Below, piece after piece: positions 1-8,772 of a DNA stretch of 34,364 bases. The notes under the pieces were generated by a model that had not been told where the DNA came from, did no database searches, and saw nothing but the letters and a program-made list of their open reading frames with translations. How positions within the stretch are numbered: the stretch's first letter is position 1; each line of letters starts with the position of its first letter. This stretch comes from Flavobacteriales bacterium (GTDB taxonomy: Bacteria > Bacteroidota > Bacteroidia > Flavobacteriales > BACL11). The position numbers and the translations under genes are program-made. The DNA is taken from assembly GCA_018664745.1 (NCBI GenBank), contig JABJNS010000059.1:1-34364 (forward strand), given 5' to 3'.

Positions 1-564
1 ATAAACATTGAGCAAGATACTGTTTTCATTTACTCCCAAGAAAAGGAAAGAGTTAAGCCATTTAAACGAACAAAAAGAGGATACAAAATAGTTTCAGATA
101 GCATTCCTTTTGAAAACACAAATATCACATTAGATATTCAAAGAAGTAAGAGTAGTGATTTTATCTTGTCAAAAAACTCAAGTGGCTACTATTTTCAAAA
201 AAAGAAAGATAAAAATAAAAAATGGCTAAAACCTCTAATCTCTATAAAGGTCGATACAATACAGGAATCTGAGATAACTAAAGATAAAAAAAATCTATCA
301 CTAGAAGAAAGTATAAACTATAATTATCAAATCACTAAAGATGACCTTGTTCTTGATGATTTCTTTACATTAGAAAAAGAAAGTAAATGGATTGTAGAAG
401 AGGTTAACCTTCTGCTAAAAGTTCCTACTGGAAAAACTATCTACTTAGATCATAGTTTAAACAACATAATTGATGACATTGAAGATGGAATGTGGGATGA
501 AGATATGCTTGGTCATTACTGGAAAATGGAAAAAAATGGACTTACTTGTCTTAGTTGTCAGTAG
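1..564 (+). CDS. hypothetical protein, C-terminal fragment (5' end lies upstream of the window)
   Basis: Frame 1 is open from nt 1 (ata aac att gag caa ...) to TAG at 562-564. The TTG at 166 in the ORF track is only the first start-like codon. The protein is Lys/Asp/Glu-rich and ends in ...GLTCLSCQ (CxxC). No family recognised with confidence. Confidence 0.5.
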   Translation: MNIEQDTVFIYSQEKERVKPFKRTKRGYKIVSDSIPFENTNITLDIQRSKSSDFILSKNSSGYYFQKKKDKNKKWLKPLISIKVDTIQESEITKDKKNLSLEESINYNYQITKDDLVLDDFFTLEKESKWIVEEVNLLLKVPTGKTIYLDHSLNNIIDDIEDGMWDEDMLGHYWKMEKNGLTCLSCQ

Positions 565-587
565 AAATAAAAATATATATTTACAAA

Positions 588-2156
588 ATGAAAAAAGTCT
601 TCTTTTGTATAGTAAGCACCTTTTACCTGCTTACTAATGCTACTGCTCAAACTAATTCTCCCACCGATACAATAGTTAGCTCTACTTTAAATGGTACTAT
701 CTTGGATGAAAAAAATCAGCAAGCTCTACCCTATGCAAATATTATAACCTTAAATAACGGAAAAGGAACGATTAGTAACGAACATGGAAATTTTACAATA
801 GATATTGCTAACTTAAAAATGAATGACACTATTCGTTTTCAATGTATTGGCTACAAAATAAAAGAGTTAACGATTGAGCGTATTGCAAATAATGCTCCAA
901 TTCTGTTAAGTGAAAATATTTACACCCTTGATGAAGTATTAGTTTTAGGAACTACACCTGACCCAGTAGAAATTGTAAAAAATATTTTAGCATATAAGGA
1001 TTCCAATTATCGGACAACACCTCATAAAAAACAAGTTTTTATCAGAGAAAGAAGTTCTACAGAATTTGAAAAATACAAGATAAGTCTATTAAAAAATAAT
1101 ATTGAAGAGCTAAATACCGACCTTTTAGAAAAAGGATTGAATTCTGCCCAGAAGTTCAACCTTTCTTACTCCGATTTTCTAGGAAATCATTATCAAAAAA
1201 TTGATGAAGAAGGAAAAATAAAGCATAAAGTCAGTCCGATTAAAATTGTAAAGCTACAGGAAAAAGAGGAAGAAGATAATATGGATGGATTAACAGATTC
1301 ATTTAGTGAGATACTTAATAATACACAGGATAATGAATACTGGAAGTTAAAGACAGGAATATTAAGCTTTAAAGTTGATGTTGGCGAATCACAAGTTAGC
1401 ATAGGAAATGTTGAGAAAGAAGATACTATTAATACTAATCCAACAGATTCGCTAATTAATGACAATATTTCCAAAGAAAAAAAATCAAAAAAACTGTACA
1501 ATACTTACATGTATGATGCCAATCAATTTAGCAGCTTAAATAATGAAAAACAATGGGATTTTTTATATCAACCTAACCATTATAATTACAAAATTACAGG
1601 AGGTAATTTAGTGCAAGACGAACAGGTTTATATTATTGATTTTACTCCAAAAAGAAGAGGGGAATATGAAGGAAGGATTTATGTGAGTATTGAAACAAAT
1701 GCCATACTAAGAGCCGATTATAAATACGCAAAAAATAAAACAGGAACGAATATAAACCTATTTGGGGTAGGATATAAACAAAGTAATTTTGAAGGTTCAA
1801 TTTACTTTAAAAAAGTAAATGATCATTATAGACTTAAGTACTTATCCTACCAAAGCGAATATTCGATTAAGTTAAACAGAAAATTTGCATTCGTTAAAAA
1901 ACAAAAACGAAAGTTTTTTGATAAGTACATAAATAAAATAAAATTTGATGTTGATTTTGTACAAAAAGAGAAAATATCAATAGAAAAATTAGTGATAAAC
2001 CAACAAGAAATAACTACTGATGAATTTGAAAGCTATGAGCCAAAAGAAAAAATGGAAATCACATATATTAATCAATTTGACGAAAACCTTTGGAAAGGCT
2101 ACACTACAATAACCCCTACCAAACAAATGAAGGAGTACAAAAAATTAGAAGAATAA
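588..2156 (+). CDS. secreted CarboxypepD_reg-like domain protein, function unknown
   Basis: ATG at 588 gives MKKVFFCIVSTFYLLTNATAQ, a typical signal peptide. It is followed by LNGTILDE..ALPYANIITLNNGKGTISNEHGNFTI, the carboxypeptidase-like regulatory beta-sandwich pattern. There is no TonB-dependent barrel. The central segment is highly charged (EEGKIKHK...EKEEEDNMD). Confidence 0.7.
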   Translation: MKKVFFCIVSTFYLLTNATAQTNSPTDTIVSSTLNGTILDEKNQQALPYANIITLNNGKGTISNEHGNFTIDIANLKMNDTIRFQCIGYKIKELTIERIANNAPILLSENIYTLDEVLVLGTTPDPVEIVKNILAYKDSNYRTTPHKKQVFIRERSSTEFEKYKISLLKNNIEELNTDLLEKGLNSAQKFNLSYSDFLGNHYQKIDEEGKIKHKVSPIKIVKLQEKEEEDNMDGLTDSFSEILNNTQDNEYWKLKTGILSFKVDVGESQVSIGNVEKEDTINTNPTDSLINDNISKEKKSKKLYNTYMYDANQFSSLNNEKQWDFLYQPNHYNYKITGGNLVQDEQVYIIDFTPKRRGEYEGRIYVSIETNAILRADYKYAKNKTGTNINLFGVGYKQSNFEGSIYFKKVNDHYRLKYLSYQSEYSIKLNRKFAFVKKQKRKFFDKYINKIKFDVDFVQKEKISIEKLVINQQEITTDEFESYEPKEKMEITYINQFDENLWKGYTTITPTKQMKEYKKLEE

Positions 2157-2331
2157 ATCATGAATAAAAAATGAATTTCATTTTCCGTATTATTTACCTT
2201 ATTCCTTTTCTTTATTGATGAAGGCTACTATGATTTAACAAGTTTCAAATCTTTAGGAAATTGGATTATTTTCATTCCTTATGTAGTTGTAATTTACTTG
2301 ATTCTTTCAGGAATGAATAAAGTGTGTTCCT

Positions 2332-3732
2332 TTATTTCAGGATTTTTCCAGGATTCAAAATCCCATTAGGATCAAATAGGTTTTTAATTCCTTTTTGTAG
2401 GTCCAATGCTTTTTCAGAAAAGACAATATCCATATAGTTTTTCTGCACCAAGCCTATACCGTGTTCGCCACTTAAAGTTCCTCCTAGCTTTTTAGTCAAT
2501 TCAAAAATTTCACGAATACCAAAGGTTAATTTTGTATTCCAATCTTCATCACTCATCTCCCCTTTTACAATATTGATGTGTAGGTTTCCATCTCCAGCAT
2601 GCCCGTAACAAACCGATTGAAATCCATATACTTTACCAATAGACTTTACACCTATTAAGAGTTGGGCTAATTCTGCCCTTGGCACTACAGTATCTTCCTC
2701 TTTATATATTGAATTTGATTTTACTGCCTCTCCAATTGCTCTTCTCAGCTTCCACAATTGGTTTTTTTGACTTTCACTATCAGCCAATAATATTTCACCA
2801 CAATCATAACTCATCATTACTTCAGCAACTTTCTCACTATCTTTATGAAGCAAATCCAAGTCATTACCATCTACCTCAACTAAAAGGTGTGCTTGTACAT
2901 TGTCATCAATCTGCAATTTTACATCTGTATATTTCAGAGTCCAATCAATTGCATCACGCTCAATAAACTCCAAAGTGGAAGGCGTAATTCCTGCACGAAA
3001 AACAGCCGATACCGCTTCACAAGCCTTTTCAGCTGAATTAAAAGGAACAAGCATAGTTATATCCTTTGTTGGTAAAGGAATCAGTTTGAAAACAATTTTT
3101 GTAATAATTCCTAGTGTACCTTCACTCCCAATCATCAAGGATGTTAAATCATAACCAGTTGCATTTTTAAGCACATTTGCTCCTGTCCATATTATTTCTC
3201 CTGTTGGCAATACCACTTCTAAATTCAGTACATAATCTTTAGTAACTCCATATTTTACGGCTTTTGGTCCACCAGCATTTTCTGCCAAATTTCCTCCTAA
3301 AAAACAACTTCCTTTACTAGAAGGGTCAGGTGGATAAAACAATTCTTTTTCTTCAACAGCATCTCTAAAAACCTGATTGATTACTCCAGGCTGAACTGTT
3401 GCTTGCAAATTACGCTCATCAATTTCTATGATAGAATTTAGGCGCTCCAAACTAAGAGCAACTCCACCAAAAATAGGCAAACTTCCACCACTCAACCCTG
3501 TGCGAGCTCCACAAGGAGTAACAGAAATATTATTTACATTACAATACTTTATGATTTCAGCAATTCCCTCAGTATCTTTTGGCTTTAATACTACTTCTGG
3601 AGGGAAGGATAAGTCCTCTGTTTCATCATGACTATAATTTTGCAAACTTTCTTCATCTGAAAAAACATAATTATCTCCAATTACACTTTTGAAAAAAGAA
3701 ATGTCATCAATATTTAATTGCTTGTAGTCCAT
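2332..3732 (-). CDS. FAD-linked oxidase (GlcD / D-lactate dehydrogenase family)
   Basis: Has the FAD PCMH-type domain (VTPCGARTGLSGGSLP) and the C-terminal FAD-oxidase domain (GTLSGEHGIGLVQK...DPNGILNPGKI). Start placed at MDYKQLNIDD (466 aa). The track extension to 3780 would leave only 4 nt to the divergent gene, and it contains TAnnTTTG boxes on the minus strand. Confidence 0.85.
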   Translation of the reverse strand: MDYKQLNIDDISFFKSVIGDNYVFSDEESLQNYSHDETEDLSFPPEVVLKPKDTEGIAEIIKYCNVNNISVTPCGARTGLSGGSLPIFGGVALSLERLNSIIEIDERNLQATVQPGVINQVFRDAVEEKELFYPPDPSSKGSCFLGGNLAENAGGPKAVKYGVTKDYVLNLEVVLPTGEIIWTGANVLKNATGYDLTSLMIGSEGTLGIITKIVFKLIPLPTKDITMLVPFNSAEKACEAVSAVFRAGITPSTLEFIERDAIDWTLKYTDVKLQIDDNVQAHLLVEVDGNDLDLLHKDSEKVAEVMMSYDCGEILLADSESQKNQLWKLRRAIGEAVKSNSIYKEEDTVVPRAELAQLLIGVKSIGKVYGFQSVCYGHAGDGNLHINIVKGEMSDEDWNTKLTFGIREIFELTKKLGGTLSGEHGIGLVQKNYMDIVFSEKALDLQKGIKNLFDPNGILNPGKILK

Positions 3733-3784
3733 CTGTGCAAATTTAATTAAATTCGCCATTTCCAAATCTAAAAAACACATACGA

Positions 3785-5938
3785 ATGAAAAAGATATTAA
3801 TAATTTGTTTCTCCTTAGTTTTTATAGTACCACTATTTTCTCAAAAAAGAGATATTACATTAGATGACTTATGGAAAAACTATGCATTTTACCCTAAAAG
3901 TGTTGGGGGATTTAACTCCATGAATGATGGAGAGCATTATTCAACTATAAAAAGGACTGAAGATGGACAGGAGATTGTTAAACACAAATTCAAGAGTGGT
4001 AAAAAAGTCCGTACCCTCTTTAAAAGTACTGATTTTGAAATACCAAAAATTAGAAAATATACTTTTAGCAAAGATGAAAAGCAACTTCTACTAGCTACTC
4101 AAACCAAAAGTATTTACCGTCATTCTAGCAAATCCGTTTATTATATCTACAATATCCATACTGATAAACTACAAAAACTAAGAGATGAAAAAGTGATGTA
4201 TGCTACCTTTTCACCTCAAGGAGATAAAGTTGCTTATGTATTAGAAAATAATCTATTTATTCAAAACATTAAAAGTGGAGCAATAACTCAAGTTACTAGT
4301 GACGGAAAAAAGAACCATATAATAAATGGAGCTTCAGACTGGGTGTATGAGGAGGAGTTCGCTTTGGTTCGTTCATTCGAATGGGCTCCTGATGGAGAAC
4401 ATATTGCCTATTACAAATTTGATGAAACGCATGTAAAAGAATTCTCAATGGATTTATTTAAAGGAGGTTTATACCCTACTCAAGATGTATTTAAATACCC
4501 AAAAGCAGGAGAAGATAACTCAGTTGTAAAAGTGTATTTCTATAATTTAGAAGAAGATAAAAGTAAATATATCTATACTGAAAAAGATTATGAATATATT
4601 CCAAGAATTAAATGGACGAACAACCCAAAAGTACTAGTGCTTTATGGAATGAATCGCTACCAAAATGAATTGGATTTTGTATTGGCAAATACTGAAGATG
4701 GAACAAACAAAGTACTCTTTACCGAGAAAGATAAATACTATATTGATATACATGATAATTTAACATTTCTTCCTGAAGACAACTTTATTTGGACATCAGA
4801 AAAAGATGGATTTAATCATATTTACTTAAAGGGATTAGATGGCTCTGAAATCCAGATTACAAAAGGAAATTGGGAAGTAACTTCCTTTCATGGAATAGAT
4901 TCTGATAAGATGGAAGTTTATTTTACTTCAACTGAAGAAGGTTCTATTAATCGTACACTTTATGCTCAGCATTTAGACACTGATGTAAAAACAAAACTAA
5001 GTACTATAAACGGAACAAATAATTCTTCTTTCAGCAAAGGATTAAAATATTACATGAATTCGGTTTCTACTGCTAACTCTGCTCCTATTTACACATTACA
5101 TAATGCTGATGGGAAACAACTAAAAACTTTAGAGGATAACATAGAATTCAACACAAAAATGGAAGAATTCAACTTAACAGAAAAAGAATTCTTTACTGTT
5201 AAAACTGAAGATGCAGAATTAAATGCTTGGATGATTAAACCACCTAATTTTGATAAAAACAAAGAATATCCTCTATACATGTTTTTATATGGAGGTCCAG
5301 GCTCGCAACAAGTAACCAACTCTTTCGGCTGGACGAATTACTACTGGTACCAAATGCTTGCTCAAAAAGGATATATTGTTGCTTGTGTTGATAATAGAGG
5401 GACTGGAGGGAAAGGTGCTGAGTTCAAAAAAATGACTTATAAAGAATTAGGAAAATACGAAACTATTGACCAAATAAATGCTGCAAAATACTTTGGGAGC
5501 TTACCTTACATTAATGCAAATAGGATAGGTATTCAACGTTGGAGTTATGGTGGTTATATGTCATCATTAGCAATAACAAAAGGTGCTGATGTGTTTTCCC
5601 TTGCAATTGCGGTTGCTCCTGTAACTAACTGGCGTTATTATGATAATATTTATACAGAACGCTACATGCAAACACCACAAGAAAACGCTAGTGGATATGA
5701 TGAAAATTCCCCAATTAACCATGTAGAAAAACTAAAAGGACATTATTTATTAGTGCATGGAAGTGCTGATGATAATGTACATGTTCAAAATACTATGGAG
5801 ATGATTTCAGCTTTAGTAGATGCAAATAAACAATTTGATTTATTCATTTATCCTGATAAAAATCATGGAATATATGGCGGGAATACACGCTACCATTTAT
5901 ACAAAAAGATGACAGATTTTATTTTAGAGAATTTATAA
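3785..5938 (+). CDS. dipeptidyl-peptidase IV (S9B family prolyl dipeptidyl peptidase)
   Basis: Has a signal peptide (MKKILIICFSLVFIVPLFSQ) and a DPPIV N-terminal propeller region (DWVYEEEF). The S9 catalytic domain carries WSYGGYM, GSADDNVH and DKNHGI as the Ser/Asp/His elements. See the finding on the RWSYG elbow. Confidence 0.9.
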   Translation: MKKILIICFSLVFIVPLFSQKRDITLDDLWKNYAFYPKSVGGFNSMNDGEHYSTIKRTEDGQEIVKHKFKSGKKVRTLFKSTDFEIPKIRKYTFSKDEKQLLLATQTKSIYRHSSKSVYYIYNIHTDKLQKLRDEKVMYATFSPQGDKVAYVLENNLFIQNIKSGAITQVTSDGKKNHIINGASDWVYEEEFALVRSFEWAPDGEHIAYYKFDETHVKEFSMDLFKGGLYPTQDVFKYPKAGEDNSVVKVYFYNLEEDKSKYIYTEKDYEYIPRIKWTNNPKVLVLYGMNRYQNELDFVLANTEDGTNKVLFTEKDKYYIDIHDNLTFLPEDNFIWTSEKDGFNHIYLKGLDGSEIQITKGNWEVTSFHGIDSDKMEVYFTSTEEGSINRTLYAQHLDTDVKTKLSTINGTNNSSFSKGLKYYMNSVSTANSAPIYTLHNADGKQLKTLEDNIEFNTKMEEFNLTEKEFFTVKTEDAELNAWMIKPPNFDKNKEYPLYMFLYGGPGSQQVTNSFGWTNYYWYQMLAQKGYIVACVDNRGTGGKGAEFKKMTYKELGKYETIDQINAAKYFGSLPYINANRIGIQRWSYGGYMSSLAITKGADVFSLAIAVAPVTNWRYYDNIYTERYMQTPQENASGYDENSPINHVEKLKGHYLLVHGSADDNVHVQNTMEMISALVDANKQFDLFIYPDKNHGIYGGNTRYHLYKKMTDFILENL

Positions 5939-5983
5939 CAGAAAATTTTACTATTTTCGGCAACCTAATTTATTAAACAAAAT

Positions 5984-7603
5984 ATGACAAATCAAGATCA
6001 ACAATTATTCGGACATCCTAAAGGGTTGTTCTATTTATTTTTTGCAGAACTTTGGGAGCGTTTCTCCTATTATGGTATGCGTGCACTGCTTACGCTTTAT
6101 ATGGTAAATGAATTTTTTACCTATATTACTGATGAAGCTTATCGTGAAGAAATGTCCTTTGGAATTTTTGCTGCTTACGGCTCATTAGTATATGCAACTC
6201 CAGTATTAGGAGGTATGATTGCCGATAAGTTTATTGGTTTCAAAAAGTCCATTATGCTAGGAGGTATACTTATGGCATTAGGACACTTTTTTATGGCCTT
6301 TTATTTTGATACTGATGTTTTAGGATTTGACCAAACTGCAGTAAATAACTTTTTCTTTTATGCTGCATTAGCACTTTTAATTGTGGGTAATGGTTTCTTT
6401 AAACCTAACATTTCCACTATGGTTGGGCGTTTGTATCCTGATGGTGATGATAGAAGAGATTCTGGTTTCACTATCTTTTACATGGGAATAAATGCAGGTG
6501 CTTTCTTAGCTCCTTTAGCTTGTGGTTATTTAGGCTATGAATACGGTTGGCATTATGGATTTGGGGCTGCTGGTGTTGGTATGCTTGCAGGACTTTTTGT
6601 ATTTATGAGAGGAATGAATGCTGGTGTATTTGGTGACAATGGAGATCAACCTACTGAATATATTGAAAAGAAAATGTATGGTATGCGTACCGATTATTTC
6701 TTCTATTTAGTAGCTGCTTTAATGGTTCCTATTGCTGCCTTTTTAGTTAAGAACAATGCAATGGAAGTACTTGATGGTATGCAATTACATTCTTCATTAC
6801 TTTCTTTATTAGGAGTTATTATCTTAGGTATTATTGCTAAAAAAATGACTGAACTTTCTCGTATGGAGGTATTTAGACTTGTAAGTGTTTTAGTTTTAAC
6901 TTTGTTAATTACTGTATTCTGGTCGTTCTTTGAACTTGCAGGAACTGCAATTACTCTTTTTGCTGAGCGTAATGTAAACCTTACTTTATTAAATGCATCA
7001 CAAACAAATGCTATTAATCCTGGTTATATTATCTTCTTAGCAATTCCATTTTCTATGATGTGGGTATATCTATCAAAAACACAAAGAAACCCTACAACTC
7101 CTATTAAATTTGCTTTAGGTATTTTACAATTAGGATTAGGATTCTTAGTATTTGCTATGAGTGCACAATATATGGATGCAGCAGGTCGTACTCCATTTAT
7201 GTTCCTGATGATAGGATACTTATTATTAACAACTGGAGAATTATTCATCTCTCCTATTGGATTATCTAAAGTTACTGAACTATCGCCAAAAAGTATGACT
7301 GCTTTTATGATGGGGGTTTATTTCTTATCATCTTCTTATGCTCATTATATTTCAGGAGCAATTGCAAAATTAACTACTGGAACTGAAGCAGGAGCAATTC
7401 CTGAGCCAGGACTAATGACCACTATTATTGAAAAAGTAACTGGTTTTACTGGAGGATATTCTGAATCATCAGTAGAAAGTATACAGACATTAGTAAGTTA
7501 TACTTCAGTGTTTACTCAAGTAGGTGTAGTGGCAATAGGAATGGCTCTTTTAGCGTTTATCCTATCTCCTATACTTAAAAAATGGATGCATGGCGTTCAC
7601 TAA
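5984..7603 (+). CDS. proton-dependent oligopeptide transporter (POT/PTR2 family, DtpT-like)
   Basis: PTR2 signatures are present: ELWERFSYYGMRALLTLYM, GGMIADKFIGFKKSI and FYMGINAGAF. It is a polytopic membrane protein of 539 aa. Confidence 0.92.
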   Translation: MTNQDQQLFGHPKGLFYLFFAELWERFSYYGMRALLTLYMVNEFFTYITDEAYREEMSFGIFAAYGSLVYATPVLGGMIADKFIGFKKSIMLGGILMALGHFFMAFYFDTDVLGFDQTAVNNFFFYAALALLIVGNGFFKPNISTMVGRLYPDGDDRRDSGFTIFYMGINAGAFLAPLACGYLGYEYGWHYGFGAAGVGMLAGLFVFMRGMNAGVFGDNGDQPTEYIEKKMYGMRTDYFFYLVAALMVPIAAFLVKNNAMEVLDGMQLHSSLLSLLGVIILGIIAKKMTELSRMEVFRLVSVLVLTLLITVFWSFFELAGTAITLFAERNVNLTLLNASQTNAINPGYIIFLAIPFSMMWVYLSKTQRNPTTPIKFALGILQLGLGFLVFAMSAQYMDAAGRTPFMFLMIGYLLLTTGELFISPIGLSKVTELSPKSMTAFMMGVYFLSSSYAHYISGAIAKLTTGTEAGAIPEPGLMTTIIEKVTGFTGGYSESSVESIQTLVSYTSVFTQVGVVAIGMALLAFILSPILKKWMHGVH

Positions 7604-7633
7604 TCAAAATTAAAAACAATTAAAAAAAAGACA

Positions 7634-8095
7634 ATGAAAAAAATATTAATCGTATTATTAGTGGCAATATCGTTTAACGGATTTGCACAACAAAAAGATG
7701 CTGAGTGGCATACTGATGTAAATAAAGCAATCAATCTTTCAGTACAAACAGGAAAACCTTTATTCTTCTTTTTTACAGGAAGTGATTGGTGTGGATGGTG
7801 TAAAAAATTACAAAAAGAAGTTTTCTTTAAACCAGAATTCAAAAAATGGGCTGATAAGTCAGTCGTTTTAGTAGAACTTGATTTCCCAAGAAGAACAAAA
7901 TTACCTGAAGCAACTCAAAAACAAAATAGAGAATTAGCAAGTATGTTTGGAGTAAGAGGGTACCCATCTGTTTGGCTTGTCACTCCTACTATTGTTGATG
8001 GAAAAGTAAACTTCAATAAATTAGGTTCACAAGGTTATGTTGCCGGTGGCCCAAAAGCATGGATTGCTGGTGCAAATAAAATCTTAAAAAAGTAA
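7634..8095 (+). CDS. secreted thioredoxin-fold protein (CGWC active site)
   Basis: Has a signal peptide (MKKILIVLLVAISFNGFAQQ). FFFFTGSDWCGWCKKLQKEV is a thioredoxin-like CxxC context, and GYPSVWL is the cis-Pro loop region. Confidence 0.8.
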   Translation: MKKILIVLLVAISFNGFAQQKDAEWHTDVNKAINLSVQTGKPLFFFFTGSDWCGWCKKLQKEVFFKPEFKKWADKSVVLVELDFPRRTKLPEATQKQNRELASMFGVRGYPSVWLVTPTIVDGKVNFNKLGSQGYVAGGPKAWIAGANKILKK

Positions 8096-8099
8096 ACTA

Positions 8100-8588
8100 A
8101 TGAAAAAGTTACTTCTTATATTATTTGTTTTCAGCTCAGTCTTTTGTTTTTCACAAGGAGCTGAAAAAAAAGCAATAGATTGGATACCTTTAGCAAAGGC
8201 TGAAAAATTTGCAAAAAAGTATGATAAAAATATTTTCATTCTGTTTTATCGCCCTGGCTGTGAATATTGTGAGAAAATGAAAAAAACAACACTTTCTGAT
8301 CCTGCAGTAATAAAACTAATCAATGAGAATTTCTTTCCAGTGATGATAAATGGGAAAGATAAAAATCCAATTAAGTATAATGGAAAAGAATATGTAAATG
8401 ATCACCCTGCTGCTGAGGATGCACCATGGAGACATAACTTATTTGTTGAATTAGTTGATCCTATTAAAGGAAATTACTACTGGCCTGATGTTGTTATTAT
8501 AAACGGAAAACATGAGAAACTAACTCAACTTCCAGGCTTTCAGCCCAAGGCACAACTATTACGAAATATCAAACGATATCTAAAATAA
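8100..8588 (+). CDS. secreted thioredoxin-fold protein (CEYC active site)
   Basis: Has a signal peptide (MKKLLLILFVFSSVFCFSQG). ILFYRPGCEYCEKMKK is a CxxC in thioredoxin-like context. It starts 4 nt downstream of the preceding paralogue-like gene. Confidence 0.75.
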   Translation: MKKLLLILFVFSSVFCFSQGAEKKAIDWIPLAKAEKFAKKYDKNIFILFYRPGCEYCEKMKKTTLSDPAVIKLINENFFPVMINGKDKNPIKYNGKEYVNDHPAAEDAPWRHNLFVELVDPIKGNYYWPDVVIINGKHEKLTQLPGFQPKAQLLRNIKRYLK

Positions 8589-8594
8589 AAAAAA

Positions 8595-8625
8595 AGAGTT
8601 GAACTATTGTTCAACTCTTTTTTTT
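8595..8625. terminator. bidirectional intrinsic terminator
   Basis: Stem agagttgaac (8595-8604), loop tatt, stem gttcaactct (8609-8618). It is flanked by an A-run upstream and a T-run at 8619-8625. It lies between the 3' ends of the + strand thioredoxin-fold gene and the - strand tRNA. Confidence 0.8.
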
Positions 8626-8630
8626 AAATG

Positions 8631-8705
8631 GGTGACTGATGGGACTCGAACCCACGACCCCCGGCACCACAAACCAGTGCTCTAACCAGCTGAGCTACAA
8701 TCACC
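8631..8705 (-). tRNA. tRNA-His (anticodon GUG) with genomically encoded G-1
   Basis: The reverse complement folds as a cloverleaf. Acceptor arm is gtgattg/cagtcac, D arm gctc/gagc, anticodon stem ctggt/gccgg with loop ttGTGgt, and T arm gtggg-ttcgagt-cccat. An extra 5' G pairs with discriminator C73, the hallmark of tRNA-His. The 3' CCA is not fully encoded (c-ca-t). Confidence 0.93.
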
Positions 8706-8757
8706 ATTTAGCGGCTGCAAATATATAATTTTATACTATAATGCCGAATAAACTATA

Positions 8758-8765
8758 TATATTTG
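8758..8765 (+). promoter_or_regulatory. candidate Bacteroidota sigma-A -7 box (TATATTTG)
   Basis: Exact match to TAnnTTTG. It ends 7 nt before the copA-like ATG, which implies a very short or absent leader. No clear -33 TTG. Confidence 0.3.
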
Positions 8766-8772
8766 TTCCCTC

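Noticed and set aside
555-587. N-terminal extension MSVEIKIYIYK of the CarboxypepD_reg protein
   Set aside because: It starts at a non-ATG codon overlapping the upstream stop. The ATG at 588 gives a canonical signal peptide.
2157-2331. Intrinsic terminator in the convergent gap after the CarboxypepD_reg gene
   Set aside because: Only AT-only palindromes are present (aaaatgaa-t-ttcatttt) plus a 5-bp stem (aggaa...ttcct). These are too weak to call.
8631-8705. tRNA-His as an integration site for a genomic island (copA or the thioredoxin genes as cargo)
   Set aside because: There is no integrase or other mobility gene. I saw no second copy of the GC-rich tRNA 3' segment (gggactcgaa...) elsewhere in the window. 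Flanking composition looks like the rest of the window.
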